A stretch of DNA of 64,000 nt from Eledone cirrhosa (Eukaryota): assembly GCA_964016885.1 (NCBI GenBank), contig OZ024744.1, forward strand, positions 51,088,001 through 51,152,000, in the 5' to 3' direction. Under the pieces are notes generated by a model. That model saw nothing but the letters and a program-made list of their open reading frames with translations, was not told the origin of the DNA and searched no databases. Each line of letters begins with the position of its first letter. Positions within the stretch are counted from its first letter, which is position 1. Below, one piece after another: positions 14,028-27,785 of this stretch. The translations under genes were made by a program, and so were the position numbers.

Positions 14028-14326
14028 GTTGAAATGGAGTGGAAAAGATTGGAAAGACCACTTACCTTACTTCTCGTAGAGGAAGCATGGGTTCTCCATC
14101 CTTTTCACTGCTTGTGGCCTCCTCCGGAAAGATGTCCTTATAAATCCTCCTGGATTTATAAGTTTAGTAAAAAAGGAATATATATATATAAGCAAAAGGG
14201 ATATTTAATTTGTTGGTAATTCAACAAATATATATATTTATAACTGATTCGAAGCACTTGACATGTTTTCTGGAGTATAATATCAATGATATTAATAATT
14301 GGAAACTATATTTATAAAACCATATT

Positions 14327-14386
14327 TATTCTATTATATATATTTCAAGGGTACCAAAACATTGGTACGACTCATCAGATAAAATA
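14327..14386 (-). ncRNA. Type I hammerhead ribozyme motif (H2, left arm)
   Basis: Mirror copy of 14489-14548. Confidence 0.8.
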
Positions 14387-14488
14387 CAAAGTTTGTTTTA
14401 TAAATATTGACATAACCAGGAAAAACTTGCACCGTTAAGATCTAAGATCTCCTTCCTGGATATGTCAATATTTATAAAACAAACTTTG

Positions 14489-14548
14489 TATTTTATCTGA
14501 TGAGTCGTACCAATGTTTTGGTACCCTTGAAATATATATAATAGAATA
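14489..14548 (+). ncRNA. Type I hammerhead ribozyme motif (H2, right arm)
   Basis: tattttat-CTGATGA-gtcgtaccaatgttttggtaccctt-GAAA-tatata-TA-atagaata. Confidence 0.8.
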
Positions 14549-15585
14549 AATATGGTTTTATAAATATAGTTTCCAATTATTAATATCATTGGTATTATAC
14601 TCCAGAAAACATGTCAAGTGCTTCGAATCAGTTATAAATATATATATTTGTTGAATTACCAACAAATTAAATATCCCTTTTGCTTATATATATATATTCC
14701 TTTTTTACTAAACTTAGTCTATTTTAAATATATCTTCTCTTGAATTCTTCAATTTTTGTAATTTCTTCTTAAAGTGATTCTATATCGTTCCTTACATATC
14801 ATGCTGTGTGTGTGTGTTTTGTGTGTGTGTGTATGTTTTTGTGATGTATGTAAGGACAACTCCTTCATATCAATTCTTCAGCCCCCACCCTACCAAAAAC
14901 AAAAACCTAACAAACACCTGAAATGTACGACTAGGGACCCAACGCGTAGACAAAGATTGACGCTGAACATATAAAGAAATATATGTAAGTGGAAGAAAAT
15001 CTCAGAAGCAGTGAATATATTATTCCATTATAAAGGACGTATATTTGCAACATTCTCTCTTGTGAAACTATAGCAAAGGAAAGAAAATAAGACATGAGAA
15101 AAATATGAAGTTCTGCGATAGATTGATTCTTTCTGAAATCAATAAAATGAACGATTTGTTTTAGCAACTGGAATTGCCTGAAGACATTCAGCCTGGATTC
15201 TATCCAAAACAGAATCAATGATACATTTTGGCGATATGGAAACTCTGCCATAAATTTTATATCCAAATGATGTTAGCATCAACTTCAGATATACACTGAA
15301 GAGAAATATAGAAATAAATTAATAAAAAAAAAATCTAGAAAAACCTAAAAGAAGGGAAACCCTGTGCAATATTAATTGTAACCCTGTGTGTAGCAATTAT
15401 TTTAAATTCATTGAACTCAAGCTATTATGTATGATCCCTAAATATATCGCAGAGATAATAAATCAAAAGTTTTGTAAACTACATCCGACATATTTGCACA
15501 TAAATCACTCTCTCTCAAATCTCTTATATCCGTTTATATGTCTTGAATATAACAAATCTCAACAAGAAGTAAGATACAATAGTGA

Positions 15586-15635
<50 letters not shown>

Positions 15636-15760
15636 GATAGAGATTAATTTTTTTTTGTATGGTCAGACGATAAACTAGCTTTATGTGGAATATATTTATA
15701 TACGTATATGTATATGTATATTTATACGCATGTGTGTTTGTATATGTATATACACATATA

Positions 15761-15880
15761 TAGGCGCGTGGCTGATTGGTTAGAGAACTGGATTTGAAAT
15801 CGTGAGGTTGTCGGTTCGATTCCTGGACCGGGCGATGCGTTATGTCCTTGAGCAAGACACTTTATTTCACGTTGCTCCTT
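15761..15880 (+). mobile_element. tRNA-derived SINE, second family (CORE/V-like central domain)
   Basis: A box TGGCTGATTGG, B box GGTTCGATTCC, then tgtccttgagcaagacactt; a diverged relative lies at about 21960-22100 (-). Confidence 0.75.
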
Positions 15881-16274
15881 CTACTGGGAGTTGCGACCGA
15901 TAGATAGTGTTAGCAATTGGAAAGACCAATAGAAACATTGTTTCCTCGGTCCTATTTGACGAAAGTCGATCGAAAGGGAAAAAAAAATATATATATATAT
16001 ACATATATATACACGAGGGCGCGAACACACACACACACACACACACACATTTGTATGGTAGTTAGGGTTACACCTTAAAATACTGAAGTTTCCTGTTAAT
16101 GCCATTCACAAAACAAATTCTATTATCGGTGATTTTACACTTCTACTGACTTCCCGATCAACAGATTTTGAATTTCTCTCTCTCTCTCACTCTATATATA
16201 TATATATATTTATTAAACTTAATGTATTCCTTCCATATACTGTACCGATTGTGTTGTTATTTCTGTTTACGTTT

Positions 16275-16370
<96 letters not shown>

Positions 16371-16371
<1 letters not shown>

Positions 16372-16657
16372 GGAAAAAATTGAAACGATATTTCATTTCC
16401 CACTCTTAGTACGGCTGTTACTTAAATATAAGTATGTACACGTACATACATATATGTATACAGACGTACAGTAGTATGTATATATATATATACATACATG
16501 CACACATATATATATGCACGTATGGAACATTTATTATAATGCTCGGTGTGCTTGTAAACAAACATCCCGTATTAAGCCGTAGTGTCTAGCAACCACCGTT
16601 GCTCGTTTGTTCAACACTGACAAAGGAACGCTGTACTAGTTTCAAGCTTGTTAGCTA
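16371..16657 (-). mobile_element. Truncated copy of hammerhead element family H4
   Basis: Homologous to 38030-38290; keeps agctaacaagctt-GAAA-ctagta-cagcg but lacks CTGACGA; abuts (TA)n. Confidence 0.8.
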
Positions 16658-16874
16658 TATAATAATAATAATAAAGTATATATCCCTACACGCAAAAAGC
16701 GTCCAGGGACACATGTATTGTCCAACCATATGCCAATGTGGTTCAATGGCTAGTTAATAAATTAACGAGCCAGAACATATATAATCAAGGTTTAGGAGGT
16801 AAAGGTAACCATAGTGAGTACAGTGAATTTTTTTGAAATTTATTTTGAAACTTTTTCTTATTTGCTAAACCTTG

Positions 16875-16929
<55 letters not shown>

Positions 16930-16930
16930 A

Positions 16931-17008
<78 letters not shown>

Positions 17009-18519
17009 CGCTTATCTGTATGTGTATGTTTGTATATTTGTTCGGATAGCATATACATACATGTATAGATATACGATAGCTGCATCACCCAGTTTAAGTA
17101 CCTATATGGGCTGCATGAATGAGTAAGGAGGTATGTTCCCACTAGAAAGCTCATTATATAATATTAGACTAAGCCTGTTAAAAGTTTACAGGATAATTCT
17201 TTCGTATAGTATGAGTAACGTGTAACAAACCGGTTCTTCAACATATGTTCAACATATATTGAAACAAACGTTTTAACCATTCGGCCATTTGCGCGGTGCC
17301 ATCTGCAATGGTAAAATCAATTACTTAGCAGCAACAACCAGCCCAGAAATATTAGTTAGAAGAATGTAACATGGTACAACCCACTATAATACAATGGTGT
17401 TAAAACCTCAGATTCTTGTAGCTGTTCTACAAACCCAACGTAAAGAACCCTTCAGCTGCAAGCAGAACATGCTTAATATTATCAATGGACACAAAGCAAC
17501 AAATTATTGCGTACAATTTAATAGACAAAACTGACTTGTGGCTAAACAACGACGACGACAACAACAATAACATACATTGCGATCGATTTCATCAAATGTA
17601 TTACTATTCCAAGCAAAATGCTCGCATGTCTAGTCGAAAGAAAACTACATATGCTAAGAAGAAGAAAGAAAAATAAATTACATTTCATATTGAGACGTCG
17701 TGTTAATCTTACACTTAGTTGCAACATAGTGATCTTGTCGTATGATGGGGTTCGATAATGAATCTAATAAAAAATATTCATTTTTTAAATGTTAACGTTT
17801 GGTTGGACGACATCAAACTCTTCTCGTTCATAGGTGATAAGACCTTAATCTATGATCAGTCCTGTAACGATATCTTTTCTAGCGGAAACTTGATGAAATC
17901 GGTGTCAAGCTCATGTTTCATCGCTCGACAAGCTGAAGATCGGAAGATGGTATATAGTACAGGCCATTCTCCTATAGATTTCTCGTCTAACCTATAGCGG
18001 TGCAAAGATTTAGCGTCCTGGACTCCACAAATACCTCCTTAAATCGATAAGAATGGAGATAACCATCCTCAAGAATGAGCTCCATGAGGTCGATTGGTTC
18101 TTTCAGCGCACCACCCTTACTCTCTTCCAGAGTAACAACAACACATTCGCCAATTTATCGTCCGGGACCAGGAAACATTTTGCATGATACAACGTGATTT
18201 CATTTGCTTTTTACACAATGTCTATTCAACAAACTAATCTAATACGTTATCACATCCTCTTTAGAGGTGGCCATATCTGGTACCACATTAGACATTGAAA
18301 TATAAAAAATATCTGAAATGACTTCTTGATAAAAATGTTTCAGACTATTAACCTCTTCTCATTTCGTACAAGGCCAGCAATGTTTAGGAAAGGAAGAGTC
18401 GATTATATCGATCTCCAGTAAGTGACTGGAACTTCATTTTACCGACCTCAGAAGGATAAAAGCCAAAGTTGACCTCGGTGGGATTTGAACTCAGAATGTA
18501 AAGAGCTGAAACAAATAAT

Positions 18520-18700
18520 TGTTTCTACTTTTGGCACAAGACCAGCAATTACTCAGTACATTACTGGTACTTTATTTTATCGACCCTTTATGGATGAAAG
18601 GCAAAGTTAACCTCGACGGGATTTGAACTCAGACCGTAAAGGGACGTAATTATGTTAGAAAGCATGGCGTCCAACCCTACTTTCTAGCATAGTTACGTCC
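18520..18700 (-). mobile_element. SINE S1 with a short 5' fold-back, inserted into an older SINE
   Basis: Reverse complement of S1; flanking direct repeat tgaaacaaataat (about 18507 and 18702). Confidence 0.8.
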
Positions 18701-19229
18701 CTGAAACAAATAATGGCAAGCATTTATCTGACATTCTAATAACTCTGTCAATCCACTGGACTAAACCTTTTATTTAAGAATGAAAACATGTTTTAATGCT
18801 TATATCTACATATCATGTATCAACCAGTTTGATCTCAAGTTGTCTTCAATCGTATTATTACTGGATGTCTACATTGTGTCGAACTGAATTAGAACTATAA
18901 TAGATTTGTCCAAGTGTTTTCAATTACACATCACTATGATGGCTAAAGTCTTGTTCTGCCTATAAAGGGACAAATTCTGGTGTCGCTGGCCAGTGTGTGA
19001 TTCAGTGTGACACAATATATGACAAGATTGGCCCTTGAATTACCGTTGCAGTTTATATGACGGGCCTCTACATAGTTTCTGTCAACCCAATTTCACTCTC
19101 AAGGGTTAGGTCAACCCGAGGTTAGGGTAAAGGTACTTGCCCAGGTTGCCACGAAGTGGTATCTAATCCGAAGCCTCATGTTTAAGAAGGGACCAAAAGC
19201 ACGAGTGTTTTGGATAATTTGGGTTAATT

Positions 19230-19520
19230 AGTCACAGCTATTTAGGTAGTGTGATCACTAGTGATGTAAACAGTAGAAATAGCAAGACAGGGGCCATATT
19301 TCAGCGCGAGCGCTAAATCTGCACAACAGCAAGCATTATCACTAAAAGGAAAAATCAAACTCCATAGTGCAATAGTTGTAGCAATCGTTCTGTATGGCAG
19401 TGAAATACGAAACATAATAACCAATACGGCCAAGAAGCTGAACCCTTTACACAACGTTGCTTACGAAAGTTTCTCAAGGTTCTTGGAAAGACAAAGTCAC
19501 AAATGAAGAAATTCATTTGT
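19230..19520 (+). mobile_element. RTE-clade LINE fragment, degraded
   Basis: LSLKGKIKLHSAIVVAIVLYGSE, the post-RT motif of RTE elements. Confidence 0.6.
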
Positions 19521-19781
19521 GAAGTCCCAGACACTGCAAAATACGGTAGAGCTGCATTGGTTTCGTTTGGTGCATCACATTTGCCAGCCAGTTGACGTGC
19601 AAGGACTGTAATGCCATTAACACTGAAGAAGGGAAAGTGGTAGAAGGGCCGGTCCAAAAATAGTAGTAAGGAACCATAACTCCCGAGGGTGTCGTAGGGA
19701 CGCCATAATGACATACGTTCGTTTCTTAGGGCATTTTCTAAACACTAGAATTTTTGTGTATGAGCATATTTTTGTATACAC

Positions 19782-19972
19782 GCGGTGGATTGGCAGTATT
19801 GGTAGAGGGTCGGACGCCAGGTTTTGCAGGTAGAGTTACGCCCCTTTAATGTCTGAGCTCAAATCCTACCGAGGTTAACTTTGTCTTTCATCCTTACGGG
19901 GTTGATAAAATAAAGTAGCAGTAATGCATTGGGATAATTGTTGGCCTTGTGCCAAAAATAGAAACAATTATT
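19782..19972 (+). mobile_element. SINE S1
   Basis: Full-length match to the other S1 copies. Confidence 0.9.
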
Positions 19973-20073
19973 ATAAATGTTCAAACACAGACACACAAAA
20001 ATAAGTCCCTCAAATTTATATATAGACTGTACACACAACTGTAGTGAATTTAGATGCTGTTTTCTGTAGTTTG

Positions 20074-20369
20074 TCATCACCCCTTCCTTCCTCAGTTACC
20101 TCTAGTATGTGACGTCATCACCCCTTCCTTCCTCAGTCATCTCTAGTGTGTGGCGTCATTACGCCTTCCTTCCTCAATCATCTCTAGTGTGTGACATCGT
20201 CACCCCTTCCTTCCTCAATCATCTCTAGTGTGTGGCGTCATCACCCCTTCCTTCCTCAGTCATTTCTAGTGCGTGGCGTCATCACCCCTTCCTTCCTTTG
20301 TCATCTCTAGTGTGTGACGGAAGGACGGACGGACAGACGGATGGAGGTTGCTCAAATTTATATATAGAT
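20074..20369 (-). repeat. About 41-bp minisatellite (about 6 units) next to a Helitron-like 5' end
   Basis: Unit tcatcaccccttccttcctcagtcatctctagtgtgtggcg; the minus strand begins aTCtatatataaatttgag followed by (ccgt)n, as in non-autonomous Helitrons. Confidence 0.7.
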
Positions 20370-21299
20370 GGAGGAGCCCATCTCCTTTCAGCAGATTTCT
20401 TCTAGAGAAGGATAGAGAGTGAGAGAAAGAAAGTGAGAAAGAGACATAAGGGAAGAATCGACCCCAGTACTAGACTGATCCTTTTTTATTGACCTCGAAT
20501 GGTTAGATCTCGACGGGATTTGAATTGAAAGAGCAGAGAGCCGGAACGAATACCGCAAACACTATCCAACGTTCTAACGACTCTGCCAAACACCACCTTG
20601 GCCCAAGAAAACCTGGTTTCAAACATTCCAGGAGTACATTAGAGACACAAAAAATAGTTGAACAGATACAGGGAGAACGTCAGCAGATCAACTGTACTGG
20701 CGGAAGCTTGCTCCATTGTGGGTCTTATGGCGCAGGAAACCCTAGGACTAAAACTAAATCAGAGCTGAACAAGTCAACCCTCTCATAGAATGCCGCCAAG
20801 GTTTCAAAGTCAGGTTTTATTTGGTAAAATGACAGAAAACCATCTGCAACTTTTGCAAAATATAATTAAAAAAAGAACAAAAAACAAATAAACACATTTA
20901 ATTTCATAGTAAACATTTCATTATATCTAAATATTCAAAACAGAAAGAATCGAAATTAGTTTTATTACTTCTGTAAACTTTACAAGATGTTAAAATAAAT
21001 AAATATTAGCTCCATTAATAGTCTGAAACAAGATGGAGTACAACAATGATTCAACAGTCTTATTACAAAAAGCTCTCCAGTAATGGCCACCTGGTGTTTA
21101 TATCAGGCTTAGGGTATCTAGGATACATCGATTATCCAATGTACCATTCGTGTTGAAGGCCTGAGTTGGGAGAAATTTGTTTGCTATTTCTAGAAGATCA
21201 ATTGACCAGTCAAAGGGCCACCATCATGATTACAAGTTTCGCCATTGATAGATTGAAGTGAAGAAAACACTGGACACCGTCGTATCTACGTAGCTGATT

Positions 21300-21790
21300 T
21301 CTGGGACGTTTACGAATCGTTGAGGGGATAAACTCAATATAAAGAGTAGTGTGCTCGTGAGCGGAGATGCTATAAAATAGCTTATAAATTAGGATAACCC
21401 TTTGAGACGGGAAAAGAAGTTGCCGCTATGAGAAATCAAACCCAGTACTTCCCAGATATCAGCTAGATACTTTGAACTATTAAGCCAAGGGACTGTGAGA
21501 GATCTTACAGTCTTAAATTAGGTAGCCGAATAAAAGCTTTTATATGTAAACAGATATCGTGTTTACGAACTCTCGGACTTTTATGAAGCGCTGAGGGGAT
21601 AAAGTTAATATAAAGGATGGTGTGCTCATGCGCGGAGATGCTATAGAATAACTTATAAGATAGTGCAAAGACTCTTAGAGACGGAAAAAAAGAAGTTGAC
21701 ATCGGCCTCTACGAGCTCCACCCTATTTTATAATCTATTGTATAGAATGAGCGCGCATGAGTACATCGCTCTTTACATTAGACTCCATTT
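21300..21790 (-). repeat. Diverged tandem (about 270-bp unit) plus inverted fragment containing a tRNA-like segment
   Basis: tgaggggataaa...gaagttg repeated at about 21322 and 21592; minus strand 21420-21495 has tggcttaatagtt and gggtttgatttc boxes. Confidence 0.55.
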
Positions 21791-22480
21791 TTGTTTTATT
21801 TAGCCAGACAGGCTGTACCGAAGACCTTTCCCAGTGTATTGTCAGACTTGGCTGGAATACTTGCAACAGACAGGAATCCGTTAAAAGTATCAAATGGTTT
21901 TCGTGGCGTTAAGTGACTGAGATTACAAGACTCCCATCCTTTGGATTGAACGTTAAATCCTCAGCTATTGCTGGCACTCATTTTCAGCTGAGTATACGGG
22001 AGCAATGTGAAATGAAGTGTTTTAATCAAGAACACAATACACAACCTAGTCAAGGAATCGAACCCACGATGTTATGATCGTAAATTGAACATACTTACCA
22101 CCACCCCGTACTTGTGCTTTAGTATATTGATATCGATAGGGGGGAAAGTAATATTGACCTCGAGAAAATTTGAACTGTGAACGGAATGAGTCGAGACAAA
22201 CACCACAAGGAATCATGGCTGATGCTCTAGCATTTCCACCAATTCACAAATAATACAAAATACCAGTCCAGGTCAATGGAATGGCCGAATGTTTAAAGCG
22301 TCGGACGAAATACTTTATGGAGTTTGTTCCAGTTCATTGCTTCCAGAGTTCAAATAATGTTCTGGCTTAACTGAATGATAAACTTAATCCATCAGCCTGC
22401 TTATCACTACCATCACCGCTATTAGGGCTACCACTACCACCACCACCATATATATTTATATATATATATGTATATATATA

Positions 22481-22520
<40 letters not shown>

Positions 22521-22523
<3 letters not shown>

Positions 22524-22626
22524 CTACTTTAGGCACAAGGCCAGCAATTACCCAGTGCATTACTGGTACTTTATTTTATCGACCCCGTAAGGATGAAAGG
22601 CTAAGTCAACCTCGGCGGGATTTGAA

Positions 22627-22630
<4 letters not shown>
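22521..22630 (-). mobile_element. 5'-truncated SINE S1 embedded in (TA)n
   Basis: Reverse complement of the 3' half of S1. Confidence 0.85.
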
Positions 22631-22671
<41 letters not shown>

Positions 22672-22861
22672 TATTAAAAAAATAATGAATAAACAAAGAA
22701 ACAGTTCCTTATATTAAACAAAAAAGTTCATTATTTTACGATCGTTTCTAGGATATATATGTGTTAGAATTGGTATGCATATTCTATAGATCTATGTACA
22801 ATATTTATACAAACTATCAGAGGGAATATACATACCTTCACATATATATGCTGTCTTCAGA

Positions 22862-23125
<264 letters not shown>

Positions 23126-23236
23126 TATATATATATATATATATATAGTGGTAGAACACTGGAAGGTAATATCCGTAGTGGTAGAGCACTCAGTCCATGG
23201 GACGAGTTAGGTAGAAGTTGTTACACAACAGGTAGT

Positions 23237-23940
23237 TCGTGGCTCGCGAGTTTCGTGGATGAACGTCTGTCCGGGTACCTAAAGGTCGACTGGTGGTTCA
23301 GGAAGCGTTCCTTAAATCGGCTCTCCGCCATACCCACATAGGATTTGACCTCCTGTGCTTGATTTGGTCGTTTGGAATTGACAACAGCTTTATAAACTAC
23401 AGCGGGTGTGTTGCATTTCTGTTGAAGGGGGCAAGCTTCGGGCTTACGGCAAGAGCACCCCGATGGGGGTGTTGCTCTTAGCCACGTATGGTCCCTCAAG
23501 GACTCAAGTATAGACTACTCCATTCAATGGAAAGTCATCACTAAGTCCAAGCCATACGCAAGGGGCAATCCGTCGTGTGGACTATGTATTGATGAACGAA
23601 TAAATATTCTAAAGAGATTACGCAATAGCGATTGCCTAAACTCAAGAAATGAATTTTTCACAGGTTGTTCACACGTCTGGAACACCTCTTACATAACTGC
23701 AAAGCTCCGGATTGAATTACAACAACATCCTAATTTTCTTATCAACTAGAAACCTTCGGATTTTCGCAGTTATCTCCCTTACACCTTTCGCAGGCAATTT
23801 AGTGAAGTAACCGTTTCTGCGCATGCGCGTTCGTACGGTTGTCTTTCCTGTTCCGTATAACCATATCCATTACGAGCTGAGGATCCGCTAAGGTGAAACA
23901 ATCGTTCTCGGTATAGTGAACTAACTGTTGTGTAACCACT
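23237..23940 (+). mobile_element. Penelope-like element 3' fragment (GIY-YIG endonuclease) with an inverted 5' part and a downstream hammerhead
   Basis: Minus 23237-23476: CSCRKPEACPLQQKC...VVYKA...YVGMAESRFKERFLNH...TKLASH; plus from 23478: SHVWSLKDSSIDYSIQWKVI...CGLCIDE...LNSRNE. Confidence 0.85.
23873..23910 (+). ncRNA. Minimal type I hammerhead (H5) in the PLE 3' region
   Basis: cgag-CTGAGGA-tccgctaaggt-GAAA-caatcg-TT-ctcg. Confidence 0.75.
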
Positions 23941-24089
23941 TCTCTCTCTCCCTCTCTCTCTCCCTCTCTCTCCCTCCCCCTCCTCTCTCTCTCTCTCTCT
24001 CTCTCTCACATGAAGAAGATATAGAATATAAATAAAAATAAAAAGTATGAACATTCTTCTAAAAGCATCCTACTATAGATACTTACATA

Positions 24090-24163
<74 letters not shown>

Positions 24164-24184
24164 TATGTAAGTATCTATAGTAGG

Positions 24185-26165
<1,981 letters not shown>

Positions 26166-26189
26166 ACATTCTTCTAAAAGCATCCTACT

Positions 26190-26546
26190 ACTCACACAAC
26201 ACCTTCAATTAAAGAATTTCTGTTGAAGAAAAATATCCCCACTTTTCCACATCCTCTCTACATCCCAGATCTAACTCCATGTGATTTCTACCTCGTCCCT
26301 AAGTTGAAATCGAAGTTGAAGGGTCATTATTTCGGGACTGTGGACAACATACAAACAGATTGTAACCGATGAACTAAGGGCACTCACAGAAAATGACTTC
26401 CGGTACTGCTACAATAAATGGGAAATACTACTGGAATCACTGTATGATTTTTCAAGGGTCATATTTTGAAGGAGATAACTTCGTGTACGTCTAATAAACA
26501 TTTAAATAAAACACCAGTACCCTTACTTTTGGAGCAGTTCCTCGTA
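26190..26546 (+). mobile_element. Mariner transposon 3' fragment with terminal inverted repeat
   Basis: HPLYIPDLTPCDFYLVPKLKSKLKG (YSPDLAP.D motif); ends ccttacttttggagcagttcctcg-TA. Confidence 0.85.
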
Positions 26547-26664
26547 TATATCATATATACACGCGCGCGCACGCACGCACACACATATATATAATATATA
26601 CATACATATATCATATATATATATATAACATACAAATATATATATATATACATATACACATGTG

Positions 26665-26774
<110 letters not shown>

Positions 26775-27009
26775 AATATATATATATAGAAGCCAGGACT
26801 ATCCATCATCAGTGGTCTACTAGCCATCATTGACTTGATTTTCTCATTTTCTCCTATCTTTACGTTGCATCACCATTAGTGTTTGTTTACCTGTCTCTCT
26901 TTCTCCACCCAACTCTTTTTATCCCAATAATATAATTTAGTTATTGTATCGCCCTAGCTTGAGGTATATGGTCTGTAATGCGAAGAAATACCTATGATGA
27001 CTGGTAGAC

Positions 27010-27360
27010 CACTGTCGAGACCGCAGACGTACTCGGACTCCGTACTGCCGAACTCCTCCGCAGAAATCGGAACGTTGGCGGCCCGTCTGAGGAAGGAGCC
27101 CCGCGAGGGTCGGAGGGTGTTGCAGCGGGTGTCACTGGCCATCGTCCGTGGGAATGCTTTTGCGGTCTTGTCCGCGAGGTGCAGCCCTTCTGCCTTCTTG
27201 CCCTAGGCCAAAAGCCGAATCACCCAACCTTTCACCTCCCCCCTCTCTTCTGGGACACCAGAGCTCTCGCCATCCCTTCCCCTTCCCGTTCGTTTTCTTC
27301 TTTCTTTTTCTCTTTATTTCCCTATTCTTTTTTTACTTTTGTTTCTTTTTCCTTTTTTTT
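27010..27360 (+). mobile_element. CRE-like RLE retrotransposon 3' fragment with T-rich tail
   Basis: VETADVLG...EPREGRRVLQRVSLAIVRGNAFAVLS. Confidence 0.7.
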
Positions 27361-27392
27361 TATTATTGCCGTTATTATAGTTGTCATGCTTG

Positions 27393-27734
27393 GGCGGTGG
27401 ATTGGCAGTATCAATAGAGGGTCGGATGCCATACTTTGTAGCATAGAGTTACGACCCTTTACGGTCTGAATTCAAATCCCGCCGAAGTAAACATTGCCTT
27501 TCATCCTTATGGGGTCGATAAAATAAAGTACCAGTAATGCTCTGGAGTAATTGCTGGCCTTGGGCCAAAAGTAGAAACAATTATTACATGCTTTGCAGCA
27601 TAGAAGTTATGGCCCTTTACGTTCTGAGTTCAAATCCTGCCGAGGTTAACTTTGCCTTTCCTCCTTACGGAGTCGATAAAATAAAGTACCAGTAATGCTC
27701 TGGGTAATTGCTGGCCTTGTGCCAAAAGTAGAAA

Positions 27735-27737
<3 letters not shown>
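27393..27737 (+). mobile_element. Tandem SINE S1 (one full, one 5'-truncated) followed by (ATT)n
   Basis: Match to S1. Confidence 0.9.

Positions 27738-27784
<47 letters not shown>

Positions 27785-27785
<1 letters not shown>

Larger units (their letters stand above)
8522..14155. mobile_element. L1/Tx1-clade LINE copy B with internal inversion (5' UTR and ORF1 on +, ORF2 on -)
   Basis: 5' end ggcgacctacgtagg matches copy C; ORF1 on + to about 10577; ORF1 tail, ORF2 and partial 3' UTR on - from 14155 to 10578. Confidence 0.88.
14159..14716. repeat. Near-perfect 264-bp-arm inverted repeat of a hammerhead-bearing element (family H2)
   Basis: 14159-14422 is the reverse complement of 14453-14716 with about 2 mismatches; 30-nt spacer. 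Confidence 0.95.

Noticed and set aside
15172-15225. CTGAAGA...AAAAC hammerhead-like motif
   Set aside because: Core GAAA is mutated and the stems are weak; could be chance
17760-18180. Possible host exon in moderately GC-rich unique sequence
   Set aside because: Stops in the frames tried and no recognisable protein motif
20600-20850. Possible exon bounded by AG/GT signals
   Set aside because: No frame stays open across it with a recognisable product; needs RNA-seq
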